In this document: piece by piece, positions 41,649-54,769 of the stretch
How the letters are laid out: each line of letters starts with the position of its first letter
Numbering within the stretch: position 1 is the first letter of the stretch
Assembly: GCA_951406725.2 (NCBI GenBank)
Contig: OX597819.1
Span: 62,124,001 to 62,188,000 of the forward strand
Source of the DNA: Octopus vulgaris
Lineage: Eukaryota
Direction: 5' to 3'
DNA: 64,000 nucleotides
Position numbers and translations under genes: made by a program
The notes under the pieces: model-generated
Told to the model about the DNA's origin: nothing
The model's database searches: none
The model's input: the letters and a program-made list of their open reading frames with translations, nothing else

Positions 41649-42208
41649 ACCATAAAGGGGGGCGAGCATGGCCGTCCGCCAGCCTCGTCTAGCACCTGTG
41701 TCGGTGACACATAAGAAAACACCATCCGAGCGTGGCCGTCTGCCAGCCTCGTCTGGCACCTGTGTCGGTGGCACATAAAAAACACCATCCGAGCGTGGCC
41801 GTCTGCCAGCCTCGTCTGGCACCTGTGTCGGTGGCACATAAAAAACACCATCCGAGCGTGGCCGTCTGCCAGCCTCGTCTGGCACCTGTGTCGGTGGCAC
41901 ATAAAAAACACCATCCGAGCGTGGCCGTCTGCCAGCCTCGTCTGGCACCTGTGTCGGTGGCACATAAAAAACACCATCCGAGCGTGGCCGTCTGCCAGCC
42001 TCGTCTGGCACCTGTGTCGGTGGCACATAAAATCACCCACTACACTCTTGGAGTGGTTGGCGTTAGGAAGGGCATCCAGCTGTAGAAACACTGCCACATC
42101 TGACTGGCCTGGTGCAGCCTTCGGGCTTCCCAGACCCCAGTTGAACCGTCCAACCCATGCTAGCATGGAAAGCGGACGTTAAACGATGATGATGATGATG
42201 ATGATGAT
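41649..42208 (+). mobile_element. Same retroelement superfamily with homogeneous 63-bp minisatellite
   Basis: About 5.8 copies of a 63-bp unit (41664-42031) followed by the shared tail and (GAT)n. Confidence 0.8.
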
Positions 42209-42626
42209 TGTCTAGTTTGTCAAAACAATCAGAATAAATATCACTTTTGACAGAGAAATCTGATTGGCTAAAGGGTTAAATGGCTAGTACAAGGATTCAA
42301 AATTGGTTTATGGTGAGTCCTGTTACCTTTGGATGTTAATCCAAATCCCAAAAGCCAAATTTGGTGAAGTTAGGGGTTTTATGATTACAAGTTTAGTTTC
42401 CATTGTAGTCCTTGTATTCCAAGGAATCCTATTCTTTCCTGAGCTACTAGCTAAAACACATAACTGTCACATTTTATAACTCTTGTCATTAACTTTTTAC
42501 ATCAGTATTTGGAAAATTTTTGAGAGTTAGTTTTGTAGCCAACCAAGGTTGCACATACACAATGCAAATTTCTTTTCATATTTTGTTTCCAACTGTTCTG
42601 AAAGTGTTGTTTGTTGACTGTTATAG

Positions 42627-42821
<195 letters not shown>

Positions 42822-43449
42822 TAGCATTATGTGCTAGTTAATGGATAAGAAAATGTTTTTCTTACCCTTGGTCACAAATCAGTGCTGATATTGTGATATA
42901 GATGCTCATGACATAATATCCATTTGATGCATTCAGTGTGACTTGAGTTTGTCTTTAGGATGTTTGGCTTTGGTAATCCTCTGCTGTTCATTTAGTAACA
43001 ATATAACCATCGTGTATAGAATTTTGTTCCTGGGAAGTTTTTTAACTTTCTGACTAAGAGTCCACTGTGCAGTGTGGAATCTAAGAAAATATGTATCAGT
43101 TTGTGTACTGAAGGTCTACACCAACTTACAGAATACTTCCACAATAACCCATTGAGGGTTGATGTTCAGTACTTCCTCTGGAAATGATTAAACCCTGTCT
43201 AGCTGACTTGCTCAAATGACCTGGTATTTATATTGATAGTGCTACATTTCTTTGAAAATACAAATCATGATCGTAATGACTGGGAATTGAAACCACGATG
43301 TTGCAATTGTGAGTGTAACACCCTAACCACCAGGCCACAGCTCCTCACCCTGCCAACTTTGAGATTACTGAATATACTAGATGAAATAATTATATTTCTG
43401 GTGAAATTCTACTCTTGTATTTCTTACACAAAGAAAATTTATTTTTCAG

Positions 43450-43573
43450 GTGAGACATTAGCATCTCGTGTGGCTGCTTCTCAATTACACACTTTGGGTT
43501 GTCCTGAACTTGTTGCAAAATCTAAGGAAGATTATATACATATTGCTGTTCGCTTAGGAACTGATCGGGAATA
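43450..43573 (+). CDS. OGT: OGT exon (C-catalytic domain)
   Basis: cag| [40 protein letters not shown](Y) |gtaagt. Confidence 0.96.
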
Positions 43574-44287
43574 GTAAGTATCCTGTTTTCCCCCACCTGT
43601 ATTTATTTTAAATATTGATATTAGAAAGTACAGAGTTTATATGATTAAAACAATTATTCACTGTCAATATATGGTTAACTTTGATCAGCTCTACTCAGAT
43701 ATCTATAACACAGAACTAGATGATTGCATATTTGGGGCAACTTAAGTTTTATCTAGGCCATCCTGGAGTTCAGTATGCTATACTATGGAAACAAATGAAA
43801 TTTGAAATTGGCTGTATTGGCAAAAATATGTAACAAAGTGAATTTGGCTGTGTTTGTATGCCATTCAGAGAAGAGGATATTGGCTCTGTGTAAGAGAAAA
43901 AGAATTAAAGTGGCAGATGGGGAGTTTTTCTCTATCCAGCTTGCTTTTAGCAGTAGTAACATCAGAAACCAGCAAAATTGAATTGGTTGCCGCTTGTGTG
44001 GTTTCTTTTGCAGTTCATTGGGTAGCATATAATTTTGGTGCGTTCTGTTTGGTGAATGTTTTTAGTATTCATTTAAGAAAAAAAAATAATGTTTTATCTT
44101 TCAGATGTTAATGTTTTGATGCATGTAGGTGGCTGAATTTGTTGTAGTAGCAATAGTTCTGCTTTTGGACTAGTCTGTTATCATGAATGGGTCTCCTTGT
44201 TTGTCTAGGGAGGTTTTCTAGTTAAAAAGATTTATAGAGACGCTGAAACCTTATACAGAATTTTTGGAATTGTCTTCAGTTAATGTA

Positions 44288-45440
44288 TTGGGTCATCCAT
44301 AAATAATGCAGTTTTTTTCACTTGCATGGACTAAAAGTTGGATGGGGACAGGATAAACTACTTGCATCAACTTGCTATAAAAGCAGTTAGTAATGTTATT
44401 TTCTCTAAGCTATAATGGAAGTAATAAAAGAGCATATTTTGCTTTATGAGTTCAATAAAGACAATCAGGCAATGGAAAGTGCAAGAAATATTCATGCAAT
44501 ATATGAGGATTGGACAATAAGTGTAAGCCAGTGTCAACTGTGGTTTCAGAAATTCCAAGCTGGAAACTACGCCTAGAAGATGAAGTTGATGAGGACGTGT
44601 TGCAAACCCTGGTGGAACAAAATCCCATCGTAACTGAACTAGCAGAAAAGCTTGGATTTTGGTCATTCAACCATTCATCGACACTCAGAAGAGCCAGCAA
44701 ATTGGGTCAATGGGTTCCTTACAAACTTTCTGAATCTAATTGTGTGCAGAGAGCAAATGTGTGCTCTCCTTTGCTGTCACATCTCACGAATGAAGCTTTT
44801 TGGACTGAATAGTGATTGGTGACAAGAAATGGGCTCTTTAAAAATGTTGAACGCTGAAGACATTGGGTTGTGAAACGAGAAACACCAGCACTCCAGGCTA
44901 AAGAAGGTCTTCACCCATGTAAAGTATTATCTGTTTGAGATATGAAAGGTTTAGTCCACTTTGAAATTTTAAACCCAAACCAAATGATAACAAAGGAGAT
45001 CTACTGCGAGCAGCTTGAGCGGCCTTAAGTCAGCTCTAGAAGAAAAACGACCATCTTTGGTTTCAAGACAAAACGTGTTCATCCATCAGGGTAATGCTCA
45101 GCCACATTCAGCGATGATGACATTCCAAAGGGCAGTTTGAATGGGAGACGCTGCCCCACCCAGCATATTCGCTGCTCCATCTGATTATCATTTATACTGC
45201 AGTCTTCAAAATCATTCGGACGGAAAAAATATGAATTCTGTAGACGAGGTCAGCTGTACTGGAGAAGTGTTTTTTGTCATGGACTAGTGTATTTTGGAAG
45301 AGAGGCCTTGCAAGTCTACCAGATAGATGGTAGAAATGAAGGAGAGTATATTTTAGATTAAAAAAGGACTTTATCTAAATTTTGTAAAAAAAAAAAAGGT
45401 TTTAAAAAAAAAAAATCCACATTATCTATGGATGACCCAA
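44288..45440 (+). mobile_element. Degenerate mariner transposon with both TIRs
   Basis: TA|TTGGGTCATCCATAAATAATG ... CATTATCTATGGATGACCCAA|TA; relic motifs WVPYKL, IVIGDKKW, HQGNAQPH, APSDYHL with stops/frameshifts. Confidence 0.92.
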
Positions 45441-45603
45441 TATGACTGAGAATTCCATTTTAAATTTTATTTTATAGAACTTATTAAATACTCTGTGAAA
45501 TTTTTGTCTTGATCTTTTGCTTTGTATTGCAATAGTGAGAAAGTTTTCAAAAATAATTTTTGCATATTTAATTTTCTTTATTCCATCTTTTTTTTTCCTA
45601 AAG

Positions 45604-45763
45604 CTTGAAATCTGTGCGAGCAACAGTGTGGAAAGCGAGGACAAGCAGCCCATTGTTTAACACAAAACTCTATGCCAGTCATCTTGAAAAGTTGTATACT
45701 CGTATGTGGGAGAAATACGAACGCAATCAGTCGCCTGCTCATTTAGTTGAACCTTGGAGTTGA
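45604..45763 (+). CDS. OGT: OGT last coding exon
   Basis: aag| LKSVRATVWKARTSSPLFNTKLYASHLEKLYTRMWEKYERNQSPAHLVEPWS* (TGA 45761-45763). Confidence 0.95.
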
Positions 45764-46761
45764 AGCTAGATTTGTTTTGTTTGAATTTTTGTTTTAACAT
45801 TTTTTTCCTCTCATCAGCCACCAAAAGAGGTGGTGGCATAAAACAGATCAATAGACCTGGCTATATTTATACATATATATATGTATGTATGTATAAATAT
45901 ATATATGTATAAATATATATTATTACCATTCAATCACTGTAAAATCATCCACAGGGAAGTTGTGGCTTCTCCACCAATCATTCACTTCATCACTATAAAT
46001 TTCATTCATCTTTTAACTACAAATTGACTCTAATTGCCAGATTATATATGGACATATACTTACAAACACCACATACACATACCAGACATATACATAAGTG
46101 TGCCATTCACATAGGTGCTTGATGCACAAATGCCACATGCAGCACACACATACCATACACAGGTGTACATATACAATTTAAAAGCTTTCACATCTGACTG
46201 AAATGTTAAGATTTTGTTAGCTTGAAAACCATAAAAAAAAAGAAGAAAAAAACCCTTTAAAAAACACTTCCAATCAACCAGGATCTTTTAGTATGTATGT
46301 AGATATGGATGTATGTTAATGTATGAGGATGTATGCAACATCTACATAGCTGGTTTTTTCAGCATTTTGTTAGCACAGCTTAAGACAAAAATTCCGAAAA
46401 CCAGCAGCTGCAAATCCTGTTGCCTTTTTTTAAATTTAAAAAAAAAAACCAACAAAAATCCAAAACTGGTTGCAAAGTAACGGGTCAGGTCGACAGTGAC
46501 CAGTTATTAATTATTAATATATAAATATATATAGATATATATATATATTGATCTATCTATCTGTATATATATATATATATATATGTATTTATTTTTCTTT
46601 TTTTTACTTGACCTTTCACAAAGTTTTGCCTTTTGACTTTTAGATCTGAAAAGTAAAATGAGGAAATCTAGTGTTAGAAACCAATCCAAACCATAGTGGA
46701 TGAAATGCTTTCCCAATAAAGATAGCTATGGAATTCAAATAAAGAAGTTATTTATATATCA

Positions 46762-46815
<54 letters not shown>

Positions 46816-47634
46816 ATGTATGTATTTACGAAACAGCTATTTCTCTTTCAATCACTTTTTAAAAAATTTCTTCTCTAAATTCCTTTTTTTTTTAACTGTT
46901 ATTGGTAGTATTTTGTTAAAGCATTTTCTTTTATTTTTTAAATTTAAATATTTATATTTGTGTGTGGGTGTATATAATGATATATATATATTGAATTTGT
47001 ATGTATATATACATATGTATATAATATATATAAATTTGTGTATGTATGTGTATATATATAGTATATATATATAAATTTGTGTCTATATATATATATTAAT
47101 TTGTATATATTATATAAATTTGTATATAATAAATTTGTGTGTATATAATATAAATTTGTGTGTGAGCACGTGTGTGTGTGTATGCATTGCTATGTGGATA
47201 CTGGGTTTTATCTCACTGCTGCACCTTGGGCAAGTATCTTTTAATAGCCTTGGACTGGCTGATGACTTGTGATTGAAGTTTGGTAGTGGGTGGAGGAAAA
47301 TTTTGCTGAGTCCTGTGCGTTTATATTTTGGCACCACTCTGAAGACTGGTGCTGTTGCTTGTGCCCCTTTTTTATGTCCCATAATGTTGCAGTTTGACAG
47401 AATTGATTAAAAAGCTGCTGGTGTTAATACCATTACTTATAACCCCTTGAAGACGGTACCTCAACAGGGCTGCAGTTAAGACTGGAACCAGTACAAGAAT
47501 GTCTTTGTGTGTGTGTTTATTGAAGTGATTCAATGAGGGCTAGGGACTCTGGATTTTGTGAATAACAATTTTTCCTTTTTTCCTATATGTGTATGTATAT
47601 ATATATGTGTGTGGTGTGTATGTGTGTATGTATG

Positions 47635-47684
<50 letters not shown>

Positions 47685-49093
47685 TATAAAATAGTTTTTG
47701 TATGTTTGGTAAGTTGATGACTCATTACAAGAGATGAACAACAGGTTGACTGCTGTCAAGTGTCATCTCGTTTTGTCTCCATGGATAGTTTTTACCTGCA
47801 GCACAGTAGTAGCAACAACAATGATGGTTAAGGGAAGCTAGCAGTTGACCTTGTAGTACATAATACCTCCTTCCCCTCCAGCTACTGCTGCTTCTCTCAA
47901 TTTCAGGGTAATTATGGTAAAACAAATATTTTATATCTTCATTGAAATAATTATTCTAACAGATACCTTACAATGCAATCTCTTAGCTAAAAACATCATT
48001 GTATGCCTTCATTTTCCTGGTTTTTCACGTTATGTTTAAGAATTTGGCATGCATTTTGAAAATCAGGGAATGGCTTTTCCCTTCCTTGGTTCCCTTTTTT
48101 AATATTTAGGTTTAAAATTTCTCTTACAAAGAATATTAGATTGTAAAACGCCTTCTAATATTCAGATTAAAAACTTCTTAGGATCCTCTTTTTCTTTTCT
48201 TTTTTTTTTTTTTTTACTTTATCAAAGCTAAAGATATCAGCTTGAAGAAAATGCCGTGAATGAAACTGTTGTTCCCATTTTGATTTTCTATTCCTAGAAA
48301 GGTCTTTAAGTATCTGTGGTGCTTGTATTTTCAATGCAAACCCAAGATGGGAATCACTGCAAAAATATCAATTTCAGTGTTCAGTTGTAATTTTGGTGAG
48401 ATGAAGGATTTAATTCAACAACAGGTAGCTTAGGTATTGTGTCATTACAGTCACCGACGACTATCTGAGACATTTTACAAAGAAAAACACTAATTGTATG
48501 ACATTTCTATGAACAAATCGGAAAAAGGGTGTTTGGTTGGTTCGATGCGTTGGGAGATGAAGAAGCAAACTGTCTTTTTTTTTCTTTTCTTTTTTTTTTT
48601 TTGCTTTTTATTCACACCACTAAAATCTTTTTAGATCTACCAAATTATTAATTTTATTAATAATGATGTAAAAAAAACCAACAAAAACAAAGCAAACATA
48701 CATTTTTTTTTGAAAAGATATGATGATAACGAATTCCTGGGACTTAGTAAGAAAAAAATAATCTACAGAATGACTCTAAAAGCATAAACTAAAACAACTC
48801 TTTAAAACACTTGGACACATAAAACAACAAAGAAAAAAACAATAGAATTCTGAGGAATTTCTGATTGTTGATATATAGATATATGTATATACATATATCT
48901 CAAGAGTATGTATATTTAATTTTATTATACTTTGTGCATACTTTGTATCTGCGTACATAGACTGCATATTGATTTGTTTGGTTCATTTTTGTTATTTCTT
49001 AATATTTTCAGTAACCTGCTTTAATGGTTAAGTTTTTTTTTGTATATTACACCCTCCCTTCTTTCTTTCCTCCCATCTCTTTAATGATAAAGA

Positions 49094-49099
49094 AATAAA
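49094..49099 (+). terminator. Probable distal OGT polyadenylation signal (3' UTR about 3.3 kb)
   Basis: AATAAA followed by GT/T-rich sequence at the end of an A/T-run-rich, largely TE-poor stretch; proximal AATAAA also at 46715 and 46738. Confidence 0.45.
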
Positions 49100-50184
49100 T
49101 TAGGTATTTATTGCTCTTGATCTATTGTGTGAGAGTCTTTTTTTCTCTTTTACGTCTATCACCATCATCATTATCATCGATTTAACTGCCACTTTTTCGT
49201 ACTTGAGTGGCTTTGATGGTATTTGCTGAAGTACATTCTCTTCGGTCAGATGACCTTCATGTTGCCAAATATCACCAGTTTCCCCCTTTGGCTAGACATG
49301 TTTTTCATGAAAGATCGAAAATAAGGGACACCACTTGGTTGACAACTATGTTGCGATGTGAAAACCAGGGGAGACAAACACCCACATACACAGCTGGGGG
49401 TTCATTTAAGTTTCGTCTGTCAAATCTACTCGAGGATTTGGTTGGCCTGGAGCTATAGTACAAGACACCTAATGTAATGTGCAATGAGACTGTGCCCTAT
49501 ACTGTTTGTTTGGGAAGCATCTTGTGAATCCCACAGCCGTCCTTGCACTTGAATATTTTCCTTCCCAGTAGGGGATCGAACAGGTCTGCTGCTCCACAAG
49601 CAGAAATATTTATCCTCTCTACCTAGGAACATTTTTCTATTCAAAGCCACGGTTTCAGCCTGACTACCTGCTGACGTTTTACACAGCCGAATTTCACGTT
49701 GTTAGTCTCGTGTCTCAAGATCCTCGTTCAGTCAATATCGGTCAGCTTGAAGAATAAAAGATTCTACAATATTTCTTATTTGATGCAGCACGGAACTTTG
49801 TCAGCGAACAGGTCGTGGTCTCAAAGCGAAAATATCTTGACAAATTAAATTTAAATGTTGAAGTGAATCAAACGGTTTTTGTGTGTTTTTTAAATGGCTT
49901 GTAACCACCTTCCACGCTGCAATTGTTTTTGTTTCAGCACACGATTTCGGATCAGATCACTTACTATGCAAGTACATCTCCGTAATTATTTGAATCTTAC
50001 TGTGAAAAATGTAAACATGAAGTCGTGAACACAACCTAAATGACTCATTTTGTAAATGTAAACACCATCACCGTTATTTGAACATGCATTACAGGCTGCC
50101 AAGCGCCACCTATTTCCAAACCAGCTACCAATTCTCTATGACCGTATGGAAACGGATTCTTCTGATTGCATATTGGTGACGATT

Positions 50185-50546
50185 TTCTTTTATTCTTTTC
50201 AGCCATTTGTCTGTGGCCATGCTGTAGCACCGCCCTTAGTCGAACAAATCGACCCCAGGACTTATTCTTTGTAAGCCTAGTACTTATTCTATCGGTCTCT
50301 TGCTGAACCGCTAAGTTATGGGGCGGGGGACATAAACACCACCATCAGTTGTCAAGCTATTGTGGGGGATAAGCACACACACATATACACACACGACAGG
50401 CTTCTTTCAGTTTCCATCTACCAAATCCACTCAAGCCTTTGGTCGGTCCGAGGCTATAGTAGAAGACACTTGCACAATGTGACACACAGTGGGACTGAAC
50501 CCGGGACCATGTGGTTGGTAAGCAAGCTTCTTGCCACACAGCCACT
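50185..50546 (-). mobile_element. tRNA-derived SINE
   Basis: - strand head GTGGCTGTGTGGCAAGAAG...GGTTCAGTCCC (Pol III A/B-box-like), internal (GT)n, shared body; copies at 58632-59085 and 63400-63815, partial at 4758-5046, 39285-39365 and 52310-52475. Confidence 0.75.
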
Positions 50547-52578
50547 CTTGTTTATAAATATTACGCAATTACGAGACAAAGAGGCACAGATACACATTCA
50601 CGTGCGTACTACGGGCTTCTTTTAGTCTTTGTCTAGCAAATCTACCCAAAGGTTTTGATTTCATCGGGGCTTTAGTAGAAGACACTGAGGATGGCACGCA
50701 GCATGACCTAAGCAGAAACCACGTGGTATGGGAAGCGAACTCAACCGCACGCACAGATGCCTATACTCTGTGTTGTGTGTATGTATATGTATGTGCATAC
50801 ATATAAGCGTGTGCAAGTATGCATATGTTTATGCATACAGATGCATGCTCATATAAGCAAGCGTATGTATATAATCATACAAGTGTAGATGTATGTACAT
50901 GAATATAAATGTATATATGTGTGTGTATATATACATGCAAATATATGATTGATTATAAATGCTGATGCAATCTTTGTATGCATACATGTGTATAAGTAAT
51001 GTATATATCTATATATAAATATATGTGTGTGTGTGATATATGTTTTAACGTCCACTTTTCCATACTTGCATGGGTCAGACGGAGTCTATATCAACTTAAC
51101 GAATCACTTATTGTTAATCCTCTCGCTGTTTACAACTGTGAACTTTCGATGCTTTCAGCTAGAGAAATTATTGGAGGAATAAATGATTGAACCATCGCTA
51201 AATGCAGTAAAATCCGTGCTTAACAGCAAAAGCGCCAAGATCACATTAAGTCTGGAGTTGTCTCCCTTACATGCTAACATTTTTATTTTTTTAGTGCCAG
51301 TATTTGGCGGGTACTTCATTTTATAGGTTTCGAAAGAGAAAGATGCCAATGTGATTTCCGAGGGATTTCAATTCAGAATGTAAATAACTGGGACAAATAC
51401 CACAAGGCATTTCCCCAATGCTGTAACTATTTTGCCAAGCACCCGCTCTTGAATTTGTTAAACAATTATTCCTTAGGTACAAGGCTGGCAACTTGGATAG
51501 TTTAGCCAACATCATTTACCCAATACGTACCACCTAGGTAGGCAGTGCCTACCTTGAATAAAATAGTTCGATAGCAACATTTTATGGCGAAATATGCACC
51601 TAATTCAATAAAAAGTATGAAGGTTAGTCTGATTACTATGCATAAGATGCAAAATATTTTATATTTTTGTAGATTAGGTCGGCATAATTCACCCCTGACT
51701 TTCAATCTCAGTGTCTAAGCTACACATAGTACACTCTTACAGCACCGTTTTCTTTACGTGCTATAAAAGAAATAGATCTGCCTTCAACTAAGTCTTGCGC
51801 CTCTGTTTCGCTTATTTTTTATGTTTTACTACATTAAGATCACCAACTGCCTACCTTGAGTAATTGCTGACGGCACGTGTCTACCTATTTCGTAACTGGT
51901 ACTTGATTTATTGACCCCGGAGGAATGCAAAGCAAAGTTGTTCTCGGTGTGATTTGAACTCAGAACATAAAGAGCCAATTCCGACGCTTTAACGTTACTC
52001 GCTGAAATATTGGTTTCTAATTTTGACACAAGGCCAGGAATGTGCGGGAGCTACGTTGATTACATCGACCCCACTGCTCAGCTGGTACATATTTTATAGA
52101 CCCTGAAAGGATTAAAGGTAGAAGCGACCTCGGCGGAATTTGAACTTAGAACGTAAAGATTGGGAAATGCCGCTAAGCATTTTACTCGGCGTGCTAACGA
52201 TTCCGCCAGTTCGCCACCTTAGATATTGATTTCAAATTCTGGCACAAGGCCAGCAATTTCGTGGGAGGGTCTAAGCATTTACATCGCTCAACTGTATATA
52301 TACATGTATACGACGGGCGTCTTTCAGTTTCCGTCTACCAAATCCACTCACATGGCTTTAGACGGCCCGAGGCTATTGTGGAAGACACTTGTCCAAGGTA
52401 CCACGCTGTGGAACTGAACCCGGAACCATGTGGTTCGTAAGCAAGCTACTTACCACACAGTCACTTCCACGCCTAGTACTAAAAGTTCCTAACGATAGTC
52501 ACTAAGTATGAAAAAAAAGTATAAAAAGAAAAGTTCTTTCCCAAGGGATATAGACACATAAGGCCGGTTTTCCATGAA

Positions 52579-52622
<44 letters not shown>

Positions 52623-54102
52623 CCCTCGCCTGGACGGGACTCCGTCCGTCGCAGGATAAGTCATTTTTGCCAGCTAAGTGGACTGGGAACAATGTGAAAT
52701 GAAGTGTTTTGTACGCCCGGTCTAGGAATCGAAACCACAATCTTACAACTATGAGTCCAGTTGCCTAACCACTAACTCACGTACCTCTGCGATAGTTCCT
52801 AAGATAAAAAGAAATATTTATTATTCGATTCTTTTATTTGCAACCTTATCTGTAGCCTCGATATTTCGCTTTTAAAACTGCTCTTGCAGGCGCTCCGAGC
52901 GCTCCCAGGACGTTTTCTTTTTCTCAGATATACTTTTGTGCTTTTCTGTTTTGAGTTGGTCATCTTTTGACATCTTTAACTTGCATCTTTGATTACGGCC
53001 ATCTTGGCTTTTATTTCATTCTGTAAACTCTCCATTTGTATGCTGAACAAGCATTGTCTAATATCGTTTATTTTTAACGCTTCTTGAATTCATACGTTAA
53101 TTCTAACGTCGCTAATATTTTTTCATGCGGATGGCGTCCCTGAGTAAATTATTTTCCTAGCAAATCTCCGAATGTATGTATGTATGTATGTTCGTTCGTT
53201 CTTTCTTTCTTTTCTGTTGTTAACTTATTAAATTCTCTTTCTGAAGAAGGAGAGCTGGTTTCTAACAAAGCTCCTTCGCTTGAATGAAGATAACGAAAAC
53301 AATGTCGCATTTTAAGCTTGAGAAAAGTCTTGTATATTTTTACTGCTCCACTTACATATTGTATTTGTAATGTGCGAATTGGTTGATTTCTTTTTCTGTA
53401 AATCCTAACGTATCGAGATTGTCATTTAGGTATTTACTCGCAAAAACCAAGAGCATCAATTATTATTGATATAAATGTGGATTTATAATCTGGATATTTC
53501 GGATTAGTTGTCCATAGTTTTCCTCTTCGAGTTTTTTCAAAGAGACATTCACATCAGCAGGATAGCTTAGTCCAGAGGCGGAATGAAACGCCACATGAAA
53601 GTTCACCAAAGCAATACTGTGACTTATATTGCAAGAAGCTGTCACATTTGTATGAAAGAATATAAATATTGAGCTGGACGGAAAATCCACATCCGCGCTG
53701 TTCAATGTTTCAGAAAACAATAAAGTGATGACATTACAGGAAATCGAGTTGCAGCCATCATGTCTGTCTGCCTGCCTGCCTGCCAGTCTGTCTGTCTTTT
53801 CACGAATAGAGACTTATCGTCGCCATAAATGACTGTCAAACATAACCATTTATATTCGGTATAAAGGATTCTCATATGCAGCCTAACCTTGTATTTATGA
53901 TTTAAAGCAGAATATTAATTTTACTTTTCATTTTTGCTCCACCTGTGGCCTTTCAGTAAACCAAAGCGAATCCAGCGGCTGGATTTAGTGAAATAATATC
54001 CCAAGTTCTCTTGAGCTGGATATAAGACCGCCCTGCGTATATTGATTAGCTTCAGTATAGACCACCCCCCCTCTGTTGGGAAAAGAAATACACTGGGTCC
54101 TA

Positions 54103-54402
54103 TGTTGTTGCTTGTTCCTTCTCGCGACATGCTTGGCTCATTAGGGCCGGTTTCCCGGTTTCATTGGTGTATAGGTTCTCCACCTGGACGGGACACCGGT
54201 CCGTTGCTAGATGCAGGAGGAAAGAATGAGAGAAAGTTGTGGCGAAAGAGTCAGTAGAAGTTCGCCATTACCTTCTGCCGGAGCCGTGTGGAGCTAAGGT
54301 GTTTCGCTCATAAACACACACATCACCCGGTCTGGGATTCGAACCCGCGACCCCCTCGACCGCGAGTCTGCTGCTCTAACCTCTAGGACGTGTACCTCCA
54401 AT
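54103..54402 (-). mobile_element. tRNA-derived SINE, second family
   Basis: - strand head with GGTTAGAGC and GGTTCGAATCCC boxes, (AAC)n-like tail; related fragment at 52550-52790. Confidence 0.65.
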
Positions 54403-54731
54403 CTGGCCCCTATAGTATTCATTAACCGACAGCAAGCCGCAACATGCATAGGTAAAAATTAGGCCTCCAGACCCGTTAGATCCTCCAGCAACTGCCCGGT
54501 GTACCCGTACTTTAAGAAGTCACTGAGTATACGTTCGCACACACACGCGCGCGCACAATAATTTGAGACAAAACAATTATTTTACGATTAAGAATGATTT
54601 TATTGTTACAAAAAGGAAGAAAAATATAAAAAGGAAAATGAATTAAATACCAGAAAAATATTACAGTATATACAAATCGGTTAAAATGTATAAAAATACG
54701 AAATTTATTTTCTCTGTGTGATATCTGTTCC

Positions 54732-54769
<38 letters not shown>

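Noticed and set aside
41612-42166. Long overlapping ORFs and CRISPR-like periodicity
   Set aside because: Head-to-tail 63-bp tandem repeat (multiple of 3) with no unique spacers, inside a retroelement tail in eukaryotic DNA.
44510-44812. Active mariner transposase
   Set aside because: Stops, frameshifts and mutated catalytic motifs; relic only.
45761-45769. Stop-codon readthrough or selenocysteine at the OGT TGA
   Set aside because: In-frame TAG follows two codons later; no SECIS-like structure recognised.
54325-54402. tRNA-like sequence (also 60448-60525)
   Set aside because: A/B boxes present but no complete cloverleaf; continues into a SINE body.
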